Shown in pieces: positions 61,543-64,000 of a stretch of 64,000 nucleotides of DNA. The stretch is from Camelus ferus (taxonomy: Eukaryota). The notes under the pieces are model-generated. The model ran no database searches, was not told the DNA's origin, and saw only the letters and a list, made by a program, of their open reading frames with translations. The stretch is taken from positions 113,090,001-113,154,000 of the forward strand of contig NC_045696.1 in assembly GCF_009834535.1 (NCBI RefSeq), written 5' to 3'. The number at the start of each line of letters is the position of its first letter. Positions within the stretch are counted from its first letter, which is position 1. The translations under genes and the position numbers were made by a program.

Positions 61543-64000
61543 ACCCCTGGAAAACTTGGTTAATAGAGTTACAGAAACAACAGGGGAACGTGAACCTAGT
61601 CCATTAACACAGACAGGTCTCACTTCAAAGACACGGAAAAAATCCCCAATTCAAATACTCATAGAAAGAAAAACATACCTTCAATTAAAATTCAGCAAAT
61701 ATGTATTGAGTTTCTACCATGGGCAAATAATTACCCTGGGGTGAATTTGAAGATAAGAAAGAATTGTAAGATGTAAGGGTGGGGTTCCTAATACACAGAT
61801 ACACAAAAGCCAAAGATTACGATTTACCTATTAATAAAACAGTCGGCCATCTCCTTTTTAAGAATATCGATTCCACATGCCTGAAATTTATTTTCCTCTA
61901 CTTGGCTTTATAACAAAGACTTCATTCACTCCCGAATAGTTTCTGCCTAATTATCTAAAACAGAGTGGTTTCTGCCTAATTAGAATATCTGCTCTGATAT
62001 ATATTTCAAAAGATAGGGGTGTTCTGTATCCAATGGTGATTTTATAGTCTAGGACCTCAAACCAAGCATTGCAATTTATGACCTCTGCACCACCTTAATC
62101 CTGCACCCCCAAGGCTCTCGAATTTTCTCATAGAACCCCAAATTCAAAAGCCAGCACTTTGAGTGTAATTATGCCTCTGTTTGTAACAAACTTATTAGTG
62201 TGGTTGATGTGATCATTATTATGTTAACGTCCTCTATCTCCTTGCCATCTTGCTCAGTGCAACTGCCAAAGCTCCTTTTACAGTCCTGTTGAGCTGCCCC
62301 TACTCTGCCTTCCTGCCAACTTACAGCCTGCAGCTTCTTCAGAACTCAGCCTCCCGCCTTCCCTGCGAGGTGGGCAGGATCCACGTAGGCTGCGGCAGTG
62401 GTGACAAAAGCTGTTTCGGCGGTTGACAACCCACACTCAGGGCCCTGCCTTCACTACAATGGACTGTGGAACCCCAGGCCATTGGCCAGTGGTCTGGAAA
62501 CTCTCGAGACAATATTTAGACTTTAGCTCAAAACAATGAGAATCCAGGGAAAACTTTGAGTGTAGACAGAGCACAGTCACAGGGAAATTTCCACAGGATC
62601 CTTCCCACCAACAGCTGAAGACACAGTCATTTGCAGTCCTATCGAGAGCCTACTAAATGTTCATGTTCTTTGAAGCAGTCATTTGAGCATCTCCTGGAAT
62701 ACGCTGGAAATTTTTCCTAAAAAAAGAATTCAGATTCAGAAATAGATTTCGACTCAGAAATGTTATTTGTGGCCTTGAAAATCCACCAAGTGTCTTTCAA
62801 TAGGAGAATGTTAAATATATAAAAGCTATATCTATGTGGTGGACTATTTAAAGACATTAAAAGTGCTATTCAGGAAGAGAGTATAGCATAACAGAATGCT
62901 TAATGTTAGAGGGAAAGGACAAAAATCAGAATTTATGGTGCAGTTTCATCCACATATAAAACAGATGCATAGAAAAACTAGAAAAGAAACGAGAGTTGAG
63001 AGACCTTAGGTATATTACTCATCATTTTTTTTCTTGTACAAGCAACGTACGTATTTGATAATTAATTGTTAGTCGTATTTACAAAACAATCAAGAACTCT
63101 TATAGGAGATTTTCATTCCTTATTGTGAGGAAAAGGAGAACAATCTGTAATCATAGTTTGCTTTAAGAATGTGATCCTTTCTTAGAACCAGATATGATAG
63201 GGTAATTAACTGGCTCACAATAAATAATGTGCCTCCCTATTTGATTACTAAATTTTGTCAATTAACTGTAGGAAAGTAAAGAGAACTGTTTGCATGCAGA
63301 TAGATTTTAGCTTTCTTTAGAAGTATCATCAGAGCCCCAAAGCCCTACAGGATTACAAGTTGCAAGGTTATGTGTTATGATCTGCAAGGTTTGAGTAATA
63401 TATCAATTCAAGGACTCTGAGCTGTGGACCAGAAGCAGAGGGTTTAAGCCTAACAAACATTTTATGTCTTTCCCCAGCTGTCAAACCATTTGCTTTGCCT
63501 TAAAAAAACAAAAACAACAGCAACAAAAAAAAAACAGCTATTCTGATCACCTTGAAAATTTGGTAACCCAGCCGCTTCCATCCCTAGGGGCCAAGGTAGT
63601 TGGTTAGAAGCAGGCAAATACTAAGAAAACGTATGCACCTCTGTTTTGGAGGATTTTCTCCCTTGTTCCTCAGCCCCGTTTCTAATTTCTGCTCTCAGGG
63701 AGTCTCTATTTATGATAACCGAATCATCTTGGCCTGTGCGCTGGGTCCCAGGGTGAGGACCCAGAGCCTCGGGTGGAAGGGCGCTTTGTAGAGGTGACCA
63801 CACTGTTGACAAATTCCTGCCTCCTCCCGTGGGTGGTCGGAGGCAGGGAACCTGAGCTTTCCAGTGCCGGCCTCTGATGTGCCAGGAAATTTAGATTCAG
63901 GGAGCTGCTATCTGTTACAGCTATGAGCTTCCTGAAAACCAGAATTACAGGTAACCAATATTCCCTCTGCATGCCAAAGCAAACCCCAAACTCTTAATCC

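Noticed and set aside
1..64000. CRISPR arrays, operons or other prokaryotic/defence systems
   Set aside because: No regularly spaced repeat-spacer structure or gene-dense organisation. The sequence is clearly mammalian.

Overview
Mammalian, non-coding, repeat-rich DNA, most likely from a camelid. Six copies of a tRNA-Ala-derived SINE of the vic-1 type and several short cetartiodactyl-type L1 3' ends sit on a background of old eutherian repeats (MIR, L2, L3/CR1, L1M, MLT1, LTR33-like, MER5/MER20/MER33/MER103, Tigger). I can support no protein-coding exon, RNA gene or prokaryote-type system. The six-frame ORFs are chance ORFs or decayed transposon sequence, so the window looks intergenic or deep intronic. 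The most unusual observations are: (1) a ~360-400 bp element in which an L1 5' end is fused directly to an L1 3' end at an AG junction, a possible spliced or internally deleted non-autonomous L1; (2) two L1 3' ends in tandem inside one target-site duplication; (3) a CpG-island-like region built largely from MIR and L2 sequence; (4) a dense TALE/HOX motif cluster that looks like a developmental enhancer. Repeat family names come from recalled consensus sequences, not a database search. Boundaries of old repeats are approximate to tens of bp.
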